From positions 9,176,001 through 9,240,000 of the forward strand of contig NC_087259.1 in NCBI RefSeq assembly GCF_037042905.1: 64,000 bases of DNA, given 5' to 3'. The stretch comes from Lytechinus pictus (lineage: Eukaryota). Made by a program: the position numbers and the translations under genes. Below, in pieces: positions 45,300 through 60,532 of the stretch. Position 1 is the first letter of the stretch. Each line of letters begins with the position of its first letter. The notes beneath the pieces were generated by a model. That model made no database searches and was not told where the DNA came from. It saw only the letters and a list, made by a program, of their open reading frames with translations.

Positions 45300-46198
45300 C
45301 GCACCATGTCATCGGCTAATGTCACAACACCGAAAATTAGCCTGCTCGGCGACCGGGCGGCGAGTTTTTAGCTTGAGTGAGCACCACTTACTTTTGAAAA
45401 GTTAGTGAAAAATTATTTGCGCAGAACTTTGAAATAGTTATGCGAATAAAAGTAGACCTTAATCATGAAGAACACGTGGAATTTATCTAGTAAAATTTAT
45501 TTGAAGATATCTTTTACCCTTTTTAATATGTTTCCTTGCCAAAAACACTTCGAAGAGTGCATTGCGCCCCATCCCACTCCCCCACACACCGAGGCCATCG
45601 TGACGATATTTGCTTTACACTGAGCTGTGATTTACATGAAATGGCTTAGGCTTGATTTTCATTTAGTTCATAATTGTCAAGCTTGGGAAAAAGTGTGAAG
45701 AAACAAGTATTAAATGAAAAATGAAATGTAAACCCACTTTAAATGATAAAAACTTAGTGAAAAAAATGGCGGAGATGTCTGATATAAACTTATGTTCAGA
45801 TTCTGTTATGTCCTCAGATCCAGCTGGCACAAAAAGGGTAAAGGTTGTGCTTACTAAGTGTTGAAATTTCAATTTGGGTGGCAAAATTGTTACAAAATGC
45901 TTGAATGTATCCGTTTTATTTTAATTGACTAAAAGTGCAAGGGAAATTTACGATAAATGTTTTGCAGGGTAAGTTTTATTTCGCCCTTTCCCCTTGACAC
46001 AGCGTGAAAACGAGTATTTCTGCGAGCTTTACAAAAATGGACAAAGCTCACTCAAGTGTAACATTCTGTCAAAACTTTTACTTTCATTGGATAGATGAGA
46101 TCCAAACCCTAATTGTATGTGAAAAAATTGCCTACATGTTGTATATTATTTTATTCCCAGGGCTTTTTCAAAGTGTAAACTTTTTTTTATATGCACTG
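45300..46198. mobile_element. Probable Tc1/mariner-like element; right end intact
   Basis: ...ttttttatatgcactg|ta terminus; left end unclear. Confidence 0.4.
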
Positions 46199-47099
46199 TA
46201 TAGTCTCTCACGGAAAATTTGAGCATACGGGTTCAATAGAACTGCAAAATACCGTGTTAGGATTTTTTTACAATATTTAATATTTTGTTCCACATCAACC
46301 GTGGGCCTGGGAAGCGGGGTGCGTAGCGCTCCCTGAATGTTTGGGTGGTATGATTTGAATTCATCAACATAAACATTCAAGTCCCAGTTGAAAACTTATT
46401 TAATCTCCCATTAACAGTTTAATATGTATATTTATTGAGGAGAATTCAAATTCTATTCTTTTTTGTTTTCTATTGTTGTTGTGTCTTGTGTTTATTTTCC
46501 TTGAAGCGCCATGAGCACCGAAAGGTGGACCTGTGGGCTATAATATAATATAATGGGGGCTACTTATATTATAAGTAGCCACCATTATTATTATTATAAT
46601 TTGGCTCCGTTTATCAACTTAAGACATAGGCTAGAGTCACTTATCCCTTTGCGGGACCCCCCAAAAAAAAAAAAAATCTTCATTTGGGAATGGAAACCCT
46701 TCATACTACATGTATTTTGGGGGCTTGCCTCATTATTTTTCAGAGGAATCACCTTGCTAGATGTTTCTCGACAAATATTATTTTGATTTGGGAGTGAAAA
46801 TCGTTATCAGGCCCAGACATCAACCCGGATAGAATGCAAATATTCCGGCTTTGCTGCGATGAGAAACGTCCAGATGCTCCGGTCATTAGCCGATTAATTT
46901 AATCTTATTGCGATAAGTTCGTGGAAAGTTTGGGGCGTGCAATGCCATCGGGGAAAACCCACCAACAATTATAATGATAGAAAGACCATCACACTCTGGC
47001 CATGGAGCTACTAACACTGTCAGATTCCAGTAATTTTATAATATTAACCTACTTCACATTAGATTACGTAAATTTTACAGTCTGTATAGAATCTATAGA

Positions 47100-47470
47100 T
47101 GGTTTATTTCCAATTCGTCTAATGTCAATTCGTCCAATTGCCAACTCGTCTTCTATCATTTGGTTTACCATCATATCGTCCACTCACCACATGGTCAAAC
47201 TTTCGTTTAGTCTAATGCCATTCTGTCTAATAACCAGTTGGTCTAATAGCCATCTAGTCCATATACCATTTGGTCTAATTGGACTAAGTGTTAAAATGTG
47301 CAAAATGAATGAAAATGAAATGGATATTGGACCAACTTTTTGTACTGGTTATGAGACGAAATGGTGATTAGACGAAATTGATGATTGAACCAAACGGTTA
47401 ATGGAACAAATGGTTGTTAGACGAAAATGTTGATGGACGGAATGGCATTAGACTAAATGAAAGTAGACGA
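47100..47470. repeat. Palindromic subrepeat element (gtctaat / ttagac units)
   Basis: Left half built of ttcgtctaa/ggtctaat units, right half of ttagacgaa units; related fragment at ~55310-55470. Confidence 0.55.
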
Positions 47471-49510
47471 GTAGTATAATATTTTTTTACCTTGTAGATA
47501 TGGTTTTAGAGTGATTCTTAGTATAAGACGTCACAGTTGTCAAAATCATTTTTCATGGTTATCTCGCAATGTTGCACCGTCTTCGTTTATGTTGGGACAG
47601 TAGCGAGTTTTCGCACCACAACGAAACCGTTTCCAGGAACATAGAAAATGTATTGTCAAATTTCCCTCATGAGAAAGATCAACCAAGTTTGTGCCGAAAA
47701 GTGATGAATGAAAACGACATTTTCGCCCTGGTCTCTGGACGAACGACATATTTTAAAGGGATGGTCCAGGCTGAAAATAATTTCCGTCAGCTCCGCGACT
47801 TAGGACGAAACTGCTGTTCCGGTTCACCAATTTTCGAGAAAGGCCTCCCAGCTGTCCATTGTCATTTGACGGGCATTTTCAATACATTTACTGCGTTCTT
47901 GAATTCTTTCTGCGTCGCGGTGCGAATTGGTGTCCATTGCACTTCATGTGTTCTTGATGTCCAGTGACATGACTTGCATGAACTGTGCAAACGAAATCGT
48001 TAATTTCCAAAACATAATGATACAAATTTATGTCTTCTGTTATTTGGATTGGGTAAAGCTGCTGCTCTCTGACGTGGGCTCGAACCTCGAACGTGCGTAT
48101 TAATGTGTAACTTTCTCACGAAGCTAGCATTACAAATGACACATGATTGTAGAGGAATGTCGATGCTTTTCAATTCTACACTTTCATATATGATGATGGC
48201 ACACTAAGAAATTTATCACCGCTCAAACTTGAGTTGCAGAACTTTTTTGAGCGGTTAAGTTGGAGAAGGTGAAAAGTGTGAGCAATATGTGTGTTTAATC
48301 TATGCAATGATTGAGTGAAGGGTTTTTTCGACCAAATAAGTACGGACGTCGATATAGTTCCCTTCTGTTCTGATTGGTTAAGACAATACATGCATTGGGA
48401 AGATGTTAGGTGTATATTTATATGGTTGTCACTGTATTATGGCCTGCAAGGCTCGTCATACAGCTCATGGGTTTTTGTCATTTTTGTAGCAGACCTAATT
48501 GTTGCAAATCAGTATCTGAAGTGCAGACACTGTATGAAGTCCTAATATGCTGATTTAGCAGTTTCGTTTTTAGGGCGAAGCGAGTACTTCAAACTTAATC
48601 TATTATTGAGTGTTAACACCATAATCAATTATTGGATCAGTACAAAAATGCAGTATTGTTTAGAGCTTTCCTGATTTAATTAGATCTCAAACGATTCATA
48701 TTTTCTACACAATAAATAAATCACTATATTCATTACAGATAAGCGAGACATTAGTGTCATAAAATTTACATTACATAAATATTTGTGTTTTTTACAAAAA
48801 TTCCTTCCATGCCCTGCATGTTGTATGTAGTAAAACATAAACAATTGTTCTGCGTTTAAAAATACAATATTGATATACAAATAAATATTACAAAGCAACC
48901 TTGAAAACAATAAATAATGCTGACATTTTTCAATGAACCATACATTTTCCACTTTAAGAAAGCTTAACAACTGTCAAAGAACCTGCATCGAATAATTGAT
49001 GTTTTGACTGCTACCACCATGTCCATATTTCGTATTCTTGATAGCAAAAGCAGTTTACCACGTCAATTATGACTATTCCTTTAAAAAACCACACAAATAC
49101 TGCATATTGATTGATATTCAACACAAATTGTGTTGATAGCATAATGATGTAGGGATACAAATAATTTGTTACACGATTTAAAAACTCTTGTGTCAGATCG
49201 CGAAGCCTCGCGTACCATGATTGATTCATTCTCGGAAGCGTCCGATTTGTAATAGTGTAGTGTAGATTGATTTTTATTATGATATCAAATTATGTTCGCC
49301 TTTGAGCTACACACTATTTATATTTCGAAGAATGGTCCGAATCGGATTCGAAATTGGTTAAAAACCGGATTCCTGACGACATTATCCGAACTGGGACATT
49401 ATCCGAACTAGGCCACATACTTAATCGGCAAGCTTCGTGTCAGCGAACATCCAATATGCAGCGAATCACTTTTCGATTCTTCTCCAAAGTTCCCAACGGC
49501 ATTGTGTTTC

Positions 49511-49669
49511 TCATTCAACGAAATTGTACGTTGCCGAGAAACCCAAAGACGATAAGTTCGAATTCGAAAAAAAGTTTATTCTAAGCCGGTTTCCGGACGA
49601 GACGTAACCGAAGGGGACGTGTTGACCACAGTATATGCTGCTGTAAAATCGCTGGTCGAGGTCTTTGAT
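49511..49669 (-). CDS. Gene B last coding exon: CUB2 C-terminal half and stop
   Basis: acgtag|[52 protein letters not shown]; 159 nt. Confidence 0.9.
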   Translation of the reverse strand: MKDLDQRFYSSIYCGQHVPFGYVSSGNRLRINFFSNSNLSSLGFSATYNFVE

Positions 49670-52600
49670 CTACGTTGAAAAGAAAAAAATAAAATGAACA
49701 AAGAAAATTATTAAAAAGTGGTAACATTGCACACTTTTTTTAGGGGGGGGGGGGTGAGACAGTATTGGTTATAGTGTATTTTTGCTTTGCAGTAGTGTTC
49801 TCGATTAAAGGGATGGTCCGGGCTGAAAGTATTCATAGTTTAATAAATAGAGTAGAATTCACTAAGCAAAATGCCGAAAATTTCATCAAAATCAGATAAC
49901 AAATAAAAAAGTTATTGAATTTCAAAATTTAGCGATGTTTTTTTTTAAACAGTCGTCATGAATATTCATTAGGTGGGCTGATGATGTCACATCCCCACTT
50001 GTTCTTTTGTATTTTATTATATGAAATTAGGTTTATTCAAATTTTTTTCTCCAAGAACTAGAAAAATTGGATTGACAACTGATTTAGTGCATTAGATATT
50101 TATTGTTGCAACTTATTTTATTATAAGCATGATAAGGGAGACATATTATTCACACAAGTATGAAATAATGAAAGAAATATGATTTTATGTAATAACATAA
50201 TAAAACGGAAAGTGGGGATGTGACATCATCAGCCCACCTAATGAATATTCATGATGACTGTTTTCAGGAAATATTGCTAAACTTTAAACTTCAATAACTT
50301 TATTATTTGTTATCCGATTTTGATGAAATTTTAGGCATTTTGTTCAGTAAATTCTACTTTATGTATTAAGATATAAATATTTTCAGCTCGGACCATCCCT
50401 TCAAAGGGAAATCATTTAATAACATCCTTAATCATTCAAAAAAAGTTTGGACTTTATCGCTATTAGGGCAAACTGATGTCCACATTATTCTGCTCTCGAG
50501 TCCAATGTCGTAATTAGTAATCATTATATTAGTTACTGCATAAAAAATAATAAATGTATTATTGCACTATTTTTTTTTGGTAGGCTGGAATTAGTATTTC
50601 CAGGGGACCGTTTAATAAAGCTGTTCGTAAGTTAAGAGCGACTTTAAGAATGACTGGTGAACTTTTCGTACGCGGTAAACCATCGGTAATGAATATACCA
50701 TTTACCAATAGAAAGGATCACCAGCCGTTATTAAAGTCGCTCTTAACTTACGAACAGCTTTATAAAACATGCAGGGGTTAAGCTGCAACCGTAGACTTAC
50801 ACTATCCTATATACAACTAACATGGGTATTTACATTCACTACCGATTCAACCGAAGACAAAAAATAACATTGACAACCTCATGGTTTTGCTGTACATGTA
50901 GGTGTGATGATATCCCAATATGGGAGTATACGCAAAGTGCAAATTGTCAATTTACCAAAATGTGATCTCTTGTTGTCGAGCAGAGGAGTGCATCTTCCAA
51001 TTGCAGGTCGAAGTGGTCGAAGTAGAGATTGATTCTGACGTTGGGAGGGGCAACGATGTGATAGACGCACTGCTGGTCGTTCGGGTAATCCGATGGGTAG
51101 TTGGGACTGGACAAGGTACCTGCGTCTTCTAGAAACACCTGGTCGCAGTCTATGTGATAAGAAACAAAAGAGAGTATACTAATGTAGCAAAATAATCAAG
51201 GATTTCGACTGAAAGCGAAAGAAAAGAAACCCCTAAGCATGTGTAAATATTGTGCGTGTGCTTGTGAGGTTGGTGTGAGTGTGTGTCAAGTGTGTGTGTT
51301 ACCAATAGAGAAATGCAGAAAAAGATGGAGAGAGTGAGAATGAGAGAGAGAGAGAGAGAGAGAGATAGGGGAGTACATGTGGAGTAAGGCAAACTGTAAA
51401 TTTATTTATTATGAAAGAAACTATCAAAGAGTGGATATGCTGTGAAATCTATCATAAACAAGTGGAATGCCTCTGGTCGTCTCACCTGCATCACGCGATT
51501 CAATATAGCAGCAGTGCTGATTTTGAAAACTACTATAACTCGCACAAGATGTTCAGTGATACTTGGTTACTCGTATTTCCACGTTTTATGAATTAGACCA
51601 ATACACTTATAGAGATATGATGGCAATTCAACAAATACCCCCAACGTGGCCAAAGTTCTTTGACCTTACATGACCTTTGACCTTGATCATGTGACCTGAA
51701 ACTCGCACAGGATGTTCAATGATACTTGATTACTCTTATGTCCAAGTTTTATGAACTAGACCAACACACTTTCAAATTTATGGCTGTAATTCAACAAATA
51801 CCCCAATTTGGCCAAAGTTCATTGACCCTAAATGACCTTTGACCTTGATCATGTGACCTGAAACTTGCACAGGATGTTTAGTAATACTTGATTACTATTA
51901 TGTCCAAGTTTCATGAATCAGATCCATAAACTTTCAAAGTTATGATGGTAATTCAACAGATACCCCCAATTCGGCCAAAGTTCATTGACCCTAAATGACC
52001 TTTGACCTTGGTCATGTGTCGTGAAACTCATGCAGGATGTTCAGTGATACTTGATTAACCTTATGTATAAGTTTCATGAACTAGGTCCATATATTTTCTA
52101 ATTTATGATGACATTTCAAAAACTTAACCTTAGGTTAAGATTTTGATGTTGATTCCCCCAACATGGTCTAAGTTCATTGACCCTAAATGACCTTTGACCT
52201 TAGTCATGTGACATGAAACTCAGGCAGGATGTTCAGTAATACTTGATTAACCTTATGGCCAAGTTTCATGAACCAGGTCCATATACTTTCTAAGTTATGC
52301 TGTCATTTCAAAAACTTAACCTCAGGTTAAGATTTGGTGTTGACGCCGCCGCCGCCGTCGGAAAAGCGGCGCCTATAGTCTCACTCTGCTATGCAGGTGA
52401 GACAAAAACTATTCGATTGCACGTACCAGATATTGGTATCGAAACTGGGATAAAGCGATACGATAATGTGTACCCTCTGTCGTCTGCTGTTGTTATAAGA
52501 TCGAATTGAAGTATGCTGCCTGTCGATGTCCAGTTGAAATTTGTAAATGAGTTGCATGCACTGTATACATTCTCTTCGTCCTTCACACGGAATAATTCAC

Positions 52601-55600
52601 CTAATACAACAAGAATTGAGAGCGATTCGATAAATAATTATTCCTAGATATTTGATGCTACTGCAATTAATCTTCAGAATACTTTATTTTAATGCTATAC
52701 AAAAATCGAAAATATAGTGAAGAAAACAATAATCATTTTCTCACTGAACCTCGAATTTAGCGGTCCTTCAGCTTTTGACTTTTTATTTTTATTCGAGGCT
52801 GTAACCAAAATAGGCTTCAAAACATGTAATGCAACTGCATGTAAGTCTTAAAATATATTTGATGGAATCAGATATTCAGTCACCCAGCCTCTATAGTATC
52901 TTTTATTTCTATTAATACAATTTAGTACAAATATATTTGCTGGAAAATTGGATGACAATGATGTACAAGCATGTGGATAATACCAGCCTTCGCAATTGCA
53001 ACGGGGACATACTGTACAAATTAGAAAATCCATTAAAAATGCCCTTCAAATCATAATGAACAGCTTGATAGATGTTTTCGTCGAAAATTGGTGAATGGGG
53101 ACATCAGATCGTCCTAAGATTTGAAGCTGACGAAAAAATACAAATAAATGTATGTCGTTTGTCCAAAGTCCAGGACGACACTGCTACTTTGATTAACCGA
53201 CTTTCGACGAAGGCTGTTTTCTCATGAAAGGCTTTTGACAATAGGTTCTCAACGTTCCAGAAAGCGTCCGCGTAGGGATTTGCGAAAACTCGCTAATGAT
53301 GACGGTGATATCAACAATTGCGTACTGACCTAATGAGCAATCTATAGTGACGACTTCGAAATAGACGAGGACCACGTAACCAAGCGGTGCGACGACAACT
53401 ATACTCGACAAAGAGCCATCTGTTGACCCCAATTTCTTAATAGTTCCACGGTCATGTGTGAGAAAATTATCGTCTGAAACAGTGAAGAAGAAATTACCAT
53501 ATTATTGATATCTGGATTTTGATAGTTTGAACTTATATCACGCTGATCATGAGATTTGTAATGATATGAATAATGACAAGCGAAACTGTCAGCGGAATCT
53601 GCTAACTCTCACTCACATAGGACAATATCAATTTTACTTTATTTAATATCTAATTTTGCAAAGTTTACAATGGATAGTTCAACCAGGAAATTGTTTGTAA
53701 AGAAATGGAAATAATGGAACACACGCACGTCATCTCCCAGTTCTTCGTGACATTTATTCAGTCACCATTCCCGGAGCTTCCGTCTACCAGGAACGAAAGG
53801 TTCCTGTACAATTGCAGATCGCAACAGTTTCACTTACCTGGACGAATAGCAGGAGGCTCACTGACTCCTCCGGGTTGAGCCGTTGTCCCCGTGACGTTAT
53901 ATTCCACCGGATGGGAAGAAGATTCTATTGTTAATGGTGTCGTCGTGACGCACTCACATGGCTCCGACGTATGGGGCTTGGGCTCCGGACACTCCTCGTC
54001 ATCAAGTTGGGTCAGGAAATCAGAGCCTGTTCGGCAAAGCGCCAGACGGGTCCTACTAGCACAAGGCTTACACTGTGGAATTACAGACACGGTTTCCTTA
54101 GTCAATGATACCTACGTTTTGTACGGGAACAGAATTGTATTTCCAAGCAAGAGATAATTGAGTACTCGATCTGATTTAATTTAAATAAACTTTTTAAACC
54201 TTGATTACAGGTAGTTATGAACTTTGTTGTCATGTTACCACAATATGCTACAGATTTTTTTAGGGATGCCTTCAAACAATTCCTTGTTATTAGGTATAAA
54301 GTGTCAATCGAAATTCAATTCTTACCATTTGGAAAGTATGGAAAGTATTTGATTTAATTGAACTGTAACAACGCTTATTCTGCTAGATGCGAACTTTCAT
54401 CTAATAATTTCTCTTCTTGCACCATAGAACGGGTTGATTATGTTTTTTTCGAAATCTGAAGTAAAAATGTTCTACCTCAAACCAAAATTTAAAAAGGAAG
54501 AGCGAACCCCCCCCCCCCGCTGTCTTTGTCTTGGCGCTTCCTCATGAGCTTGGGTAACAACAATCGTTCAATGTTTAAGTCAACTATTGAACAGTAATTA
54601 GGGCCTACCTCAGACCAGGAGCTCATCACCCACGTCCCTGGGCAATCAGGCAGGTCTGTACAGGGTTCGGCAGCGTTTGGCTTTTCCGCGCCGTCGCAGA
54701 AAGAGTCATCCACAACCCGAACCCCTTCAACTGCGAAGAGCAGACATACCACGACTCGGGAGCGCACCCCCTCGCCACAGGTGGCACTGCAAGTGGTGTT
54801 CAAGTCCGCCAGGAACCACCTGAATTGATAATTATGGAGAGCATGATTATCAATATGGGACGCGCATCTTGTGGTGCAATCATGATTCATAACAATATCA
54901 GAAGCTCTTGTTGCCAGTGGCTTATATAAAAAGAGCGTTCCAATCCAATCCACTATCTTTATGCTAATTGAAAGCATCCCCCATTATCATCAACAACAAC
55001 AACAACAGTCAAGCTATATGAGTATTCGGTTTAGCACATCTTCTAGGCTATCACAAAAACATGTTGAAATGGTGCCCCTTGAGTCTTTGACCTGGTATTC
55101 TTTCGTTATTCGTAAGATATTTTTTTTCGTCGTTTTTGTTTTTATCATTTTCCCCGTTATCTTGTTTTTCTTTTTGTTCTTCTCATTCTTCCTCCTACTC
55201 TTATCTTGCCCATCCGTGCGTTTCCCTTGTTCTTGTTCTTGTACTTCTTATTCCTCCTCTTCTTATCTTGCTCATCCGTGTGTTTGTTAAAGCAACTGGT
55301 CCACACACACTTCGTCTACGTTCCGTTTGGTCTCACCCCATATGACCTAACCCTACTTCGTCTACAACCAGTTCGTCAACTATAGCCATTTCCCTAATTG
55401 CCATCTACCCATTTTTTTTTTTTTTTTTAGTTAGGCTATACCCACGCTTCGTCTCATATCCACTTGGTCTAAAACCGCATCATAATATACACTGTTAGAA
55501 GAATTGTTTATGAACCAAATATATTACTCTACACTCTTATTCCAACTTCCATTTTCACCTTGGGGGACAATCGTCCTCCCGGCAGGACTCCACGTGGGGA

Positions 55601-58600
55601 ACCGGTCGGCTATTTACGTCGCAGAGGGCGTCGTTAACAAACTGGACACCGACGACGTCGACACATCGAACTACTTCCATTCGAGTACCTACCAATCAAA
55701 TGAATTGAACAAACACTGTTATATTAATTTGCAATTAAAACTGTATAAATTATTTTCTCGTAATAAGGTTCTTTGTGTTTTCTGTTTTGCGTTAGCAATT
55801 CCCCCCAAAACACGAAATGCATGTTCTCAATCTTTGACACTATGATGAACAAACATGGTAAGGGGAAAATAGCTTACCATCGCCACAAGTCACGCTGCAT
55901 TCCCCTCCGGACTTAGCCCAGATGTGAGTAACAGGAGTCGGGGTGGGCGTTGGGTTAACTACACTGTCACTGACGTAGTAGACATAGTGGATATTGGCGG
56001 AAGCTATTCCCAAGGATGAAGCAGCGAAGGCCTGTATTTCTATGGGGTGTAATGTGGGCCCCGCTATTCTGTTCAGAGAGAATATAAAACAAACCAAAAC
56101 CAAACAGAAAAAAAATATTCGGTGTTTGATTGGAAGAATAATGTGAAAACAATGTATATAAACTTCCAAACGTTTCTAAAATGTTGATAAAGGTATGATT
56201 ATCTGATAACGTGAAATATATTGGAATATCATCTTATAGTCAAATCTTACAAAAGTTCGGTTACCATTGAAACACTTTCAATTTACTATTTATTTGTAAA
56301 ACATAGAACTTTCAAGCGTTAAAGTTTTTCTTTTTTATGGTCCATGGCATGTAAAAACACTATATAAAGATTTTATGCTGACCCCATTAATGAGAAGTTG
56401 ATTCATATACAGAAAAAAGAGAGAAAAGGTTGATGCAGATCTTTTTCTTTTGATTCTGTTTGGAATCATGACAGAATTTTCATGTAGAAGCACAGGAAAG
56501 ATCTACAGCATAGGTTTGTATTTCGTGTCAATTTTATCACCCAAGTTTTCAAGGATTTCTACCTTGAAGTTCATAATGATACATTAGTAATGGAGACCCG
56601 AGGATTCAAAATGGGCGTGTTGTCGAAGAGCATTTCATTTTATCAATAAATCGCCGCTAAGACCAAAGAATAACCTGCCCTTTTAATAACGAATAATGTA
56701 CGATGTGGCATGGCTTGTGAACGTGATTGAACTAAAGTCAGATTAAGATTATTGAATCATTCTATTTTCATATTCATTAAAGTTCATTTTCATACTTAGA
56801 TTTACATGTTATGATAGAAAATGAGACTTAGAATACATTAAAGATGATTTTTTATGACCCCAAAAAGTTCAAAATTGTTATCTTTCAATTTTGTTACTCT
56901 TACAGAATGACTTCCTGGCCTTGTGACAGCTGATAATAGACTGTGATGTTCTCAAACCAGTACTCCCATCTTGGCGGCCTGGTCTGACTACTGCCACCGA
57001 TGACAAGCTCTCCGTTTATCATTACATCTGATTAGGTGAAGGAGAAAAGCGACGGATCAGCGAAATGGGAGGAGCGAGGTGATTTTTAGAATATTGGAAT
57101 CTGATGGGCACATTGTACATTCGCACCATCGCATCTTTACATCAACATCAATCACGTGATTTGAGGTATAGTAAATTAGCAATAAAACGTTTTAACAAAA
57201 ATTCGTTATCTCATTTATATGGCTGCAAACTATTGCTTTTCACTCATGTTTTTGGTTAATAGTCGAAATCTACCAATTTCAACGTACATGTAATCTTGTG
57301 CCATTGATCAAAGTCATTCACTGTAAATGATCATCTTGTAAATCCATTCTTACTTTGAAGACCTTACTTGCTTGAATTTCAAAGCGGACTTACCCATGAA
57401 TGTTGAGGTATTTGTATTTACCGCGCTGAATGACGTCACACCTTTTGGGATGGTCAAAAACGTGCTGAATTCTGCATAAAGAAAATACGTAACATACTTT
57501 AATGAACGAAATTCATAACATAGAAAAGGCTGTATTATAAGGACTCTAATTTGTGTAATATATATAACCTTAAGGCTATTTTATGTACCTTGTCCATGGC
57601 TGTTATAGGAGCTATATACTTAATTTTTATCCGATGAACTTTTTAATGAGTGCTATTGCCTCGCTGACCACAGCTCATTGACAATATTTAACTCCGTGCC
57701 TCCTAGTTTATCATGTTATTACCTAGTTTCCTTCGATCATATTTGCCTCGTGAGAGATGAAATGTCTACTTTAAATGTTCGGTTGATTGATAAGGATTTA
57801 TTTCATTTCATTTTTAACAATTAAATTACAAAATTATGCGAAATATATTATGACGTAATAGCATGAAATATAATGTTATTTTGGATAACCTGTGGGATTA
57901 AAGAGAAAATTTTGACTAAAAAGGAATTCGAAGGGTAAATCAAGGACCTTACGTTGTTCGGATAAGTTGAGTTGCAAAGAACCGTCTACGCTGCGACAAG
58001 TTGATCCGTTCCCTCCGCATACCCGGCATTCGTCGAATCTTACGCCGGAGTATTGGTAACCGTCACATCCGAATTCTCGGCACGTCCCCTGCACGCATAC
58101 GCGCATCTCGTTGTAATCCAACGAGCAGCGCGTTCCATCCATATAACCACCATCACGTCGGTCCAATACGCGCACTGTTTCCCCAGTAGCCGAAGCCAAA
58201 TCGGCCTGGCACCATAGCTCACATAACTGATCTCCTATAAAGCAGAATCGTAAAAAGAAATTTACCATTAATATATTTTTATCTATATTTAATTAGGGGG
58301 GAAATCAATCTTTGTTCAATCTTTGTTCAAACTTTTTTTTAGATCATCATGACACACACACGAATGGAAATACATGTTGTATGTTAATGCATTCTTATAG
58401 GCCGACTTTCAAAGTATGATATAAAATATGTGTAAACGTGGTTCTTGAATTCTCCATTTTCCTAGTCCTTTTAACGTTTGCAACAAATTTTCACTGCACG
58501 TGTGTGTCGACAGGCCGACCTTTTTTTTACAGTACACAAAACAATTTTCACTAAATATTACAGTCATATAAAAAAAAGGTAGCGGTGTTAATCGAAGAAG

Positions 58601-60501
58601 TATTAAAACAATCATTTTATCTTAATAAGACAAAACGTCCAGCAATTATGAATAACTTAATATTTAAACCGAGAGTTTCAATGACATAGTGAGAGTTAGT
58701 TTAATCATGTTGATCAGCTAGAAAATCGTGCGAGGTGACGTGGCCGAGTGGTCTAAGGCGCCCAAATACACCATGAAATTCCGGGGTTCGATTCTCAGCA
58801 AGGCCCTTGACCACTTATCTACATTGCTCTTTTATCTGGCATCAAATATATATTTATGCTTTATTGATACCAACGTGTAGACGTGTTTTAAAAAATCAAT
58901 AATAATAACATCACAAAATTTATCAATAAAATAATATGAAAAAGCGAGCAAGAGAGGAAGACAGAAAGGAGGAAAAATGGAACCAGGAAAGATAGAAACG
59001 GGAAACGAAGAAAGCAATTTAAACATACCCACAGAAACCAACTCAATGGAACTTTTTATATACAAGAATAATTTGAATACCTGATTGGTTGTCAGTAGTG
59101 GAGGTCCAGGTTAGGTCAGCAAGACCGTCGTATGGTTCACGACTAGACGACGTACACTGCTCATTACGGAACTCTCTTTGTGTCGTTTCACATGGCTGCC
59201 GGTTAAATTGCCGAGTAAAAAGACAAATTATTGAATAGATATGTAAACCAAATTAAAGTTATTTTCAGATAAAGAAAAAAAATCCTCTAACATTTTGAAG
59301 TATTTTTTTTACCGACTTTAATTCCTATTTCATATCTCCTTTGCCCCCGAATCGTCTTAAGACCAATACCAATGTGACAAGAAGAACAATTGTATCAACC
59401 ATATAAATTGAATTTCTAGATAAATAACTGAAAACTCCATTCATTTGGAATTTCTTTGATAACATTATTTTCCTTTACACCATTATTGATGATACAATGT
59501 ATAAGCCTCATTTAACAAGGTTATCTGTAAAGAGATGTAAGGTGAAAGTCCCAGTGGAAGAATACATTGTATGTACATGTATAAAGGATATTAGTATTCT
59601 GTTGAGAAAAAAAACCAAGAGGTAATGTAATTTACCTGAACGTTACACATGTTGGCTACGATTGATTGACCCTTACAGGATTCCCCTCCGTTTCGTGGCC
59701 TGTGATGATTACATTAAAAATAAAAAGGATATAGAGAATGACATACTTATAAAAAGGGGTAATAATAAATGATAATCCATAGGTCACAGATCAAGGAGTT
59801 TTATGAACAAATACATTTTATAATTTTCTTACATGATTATTCGACATAATAACATCAGAAATCGTTAATGGCTTTTGATATAATTTTTTTCCGCTGGAAC
59901 TATTTCGAATATGTTTGTGATAGCAATGAAGCTGATCATTATATTTCATTTTTGTGTATTATTTTGTTTATTTGGGGTCACCGTTTTAATAAAAAATAAT
60001 ATAGGATTTGTATAGCGCACTTATCCACCTTGCTAGGTGCTCAAGGCGCTCCTATATTACCCCGGCTATAAGCTAGTCTACCGATTCCGGTGCGCACAGC
60101 TTTTTGAGGAATTACTTCCTGCTGGTACCCATTTACGTCACCTGGGTTGAGTGCAGCACAATGTGGATAAATGAACCACCCCAAAATCATGAAAATGGGA
60201 GAGTGGGATCGAAAGAAAGAGTGAGAGGAAGAGAGAGAACGAGAGAGTTCCCTTAGAAAATAAATTTGTAAATTAAATCCTATTTTAAAGGTTAAGGAAA
60301 AAACTTACTCTGGATCATTGCAATACCGGTGTCTCAGCTCAACACCCCCGCCACACGTTCTGGAACAAGGGCCCCATGTCGCGTCCCAAGGGGACCAGCC
60401 CCCGTCGATTGGCGTGTTGGGCCGGTCCACACAGGTGCCCCCGAAACACCACTGCATGAAGAAGAAATATAGTGATAATTGCGCGCGTGTCGGGGCGGCA
60501 T

Positions 60502-60532
<31 letters not shown>

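Noticed and set aside
48000-49510. Poly(A) signal of gene B
   Set aside because: AATAAA-like hexamers are expected by chance in this AT-rich DNA; none can be singled out.
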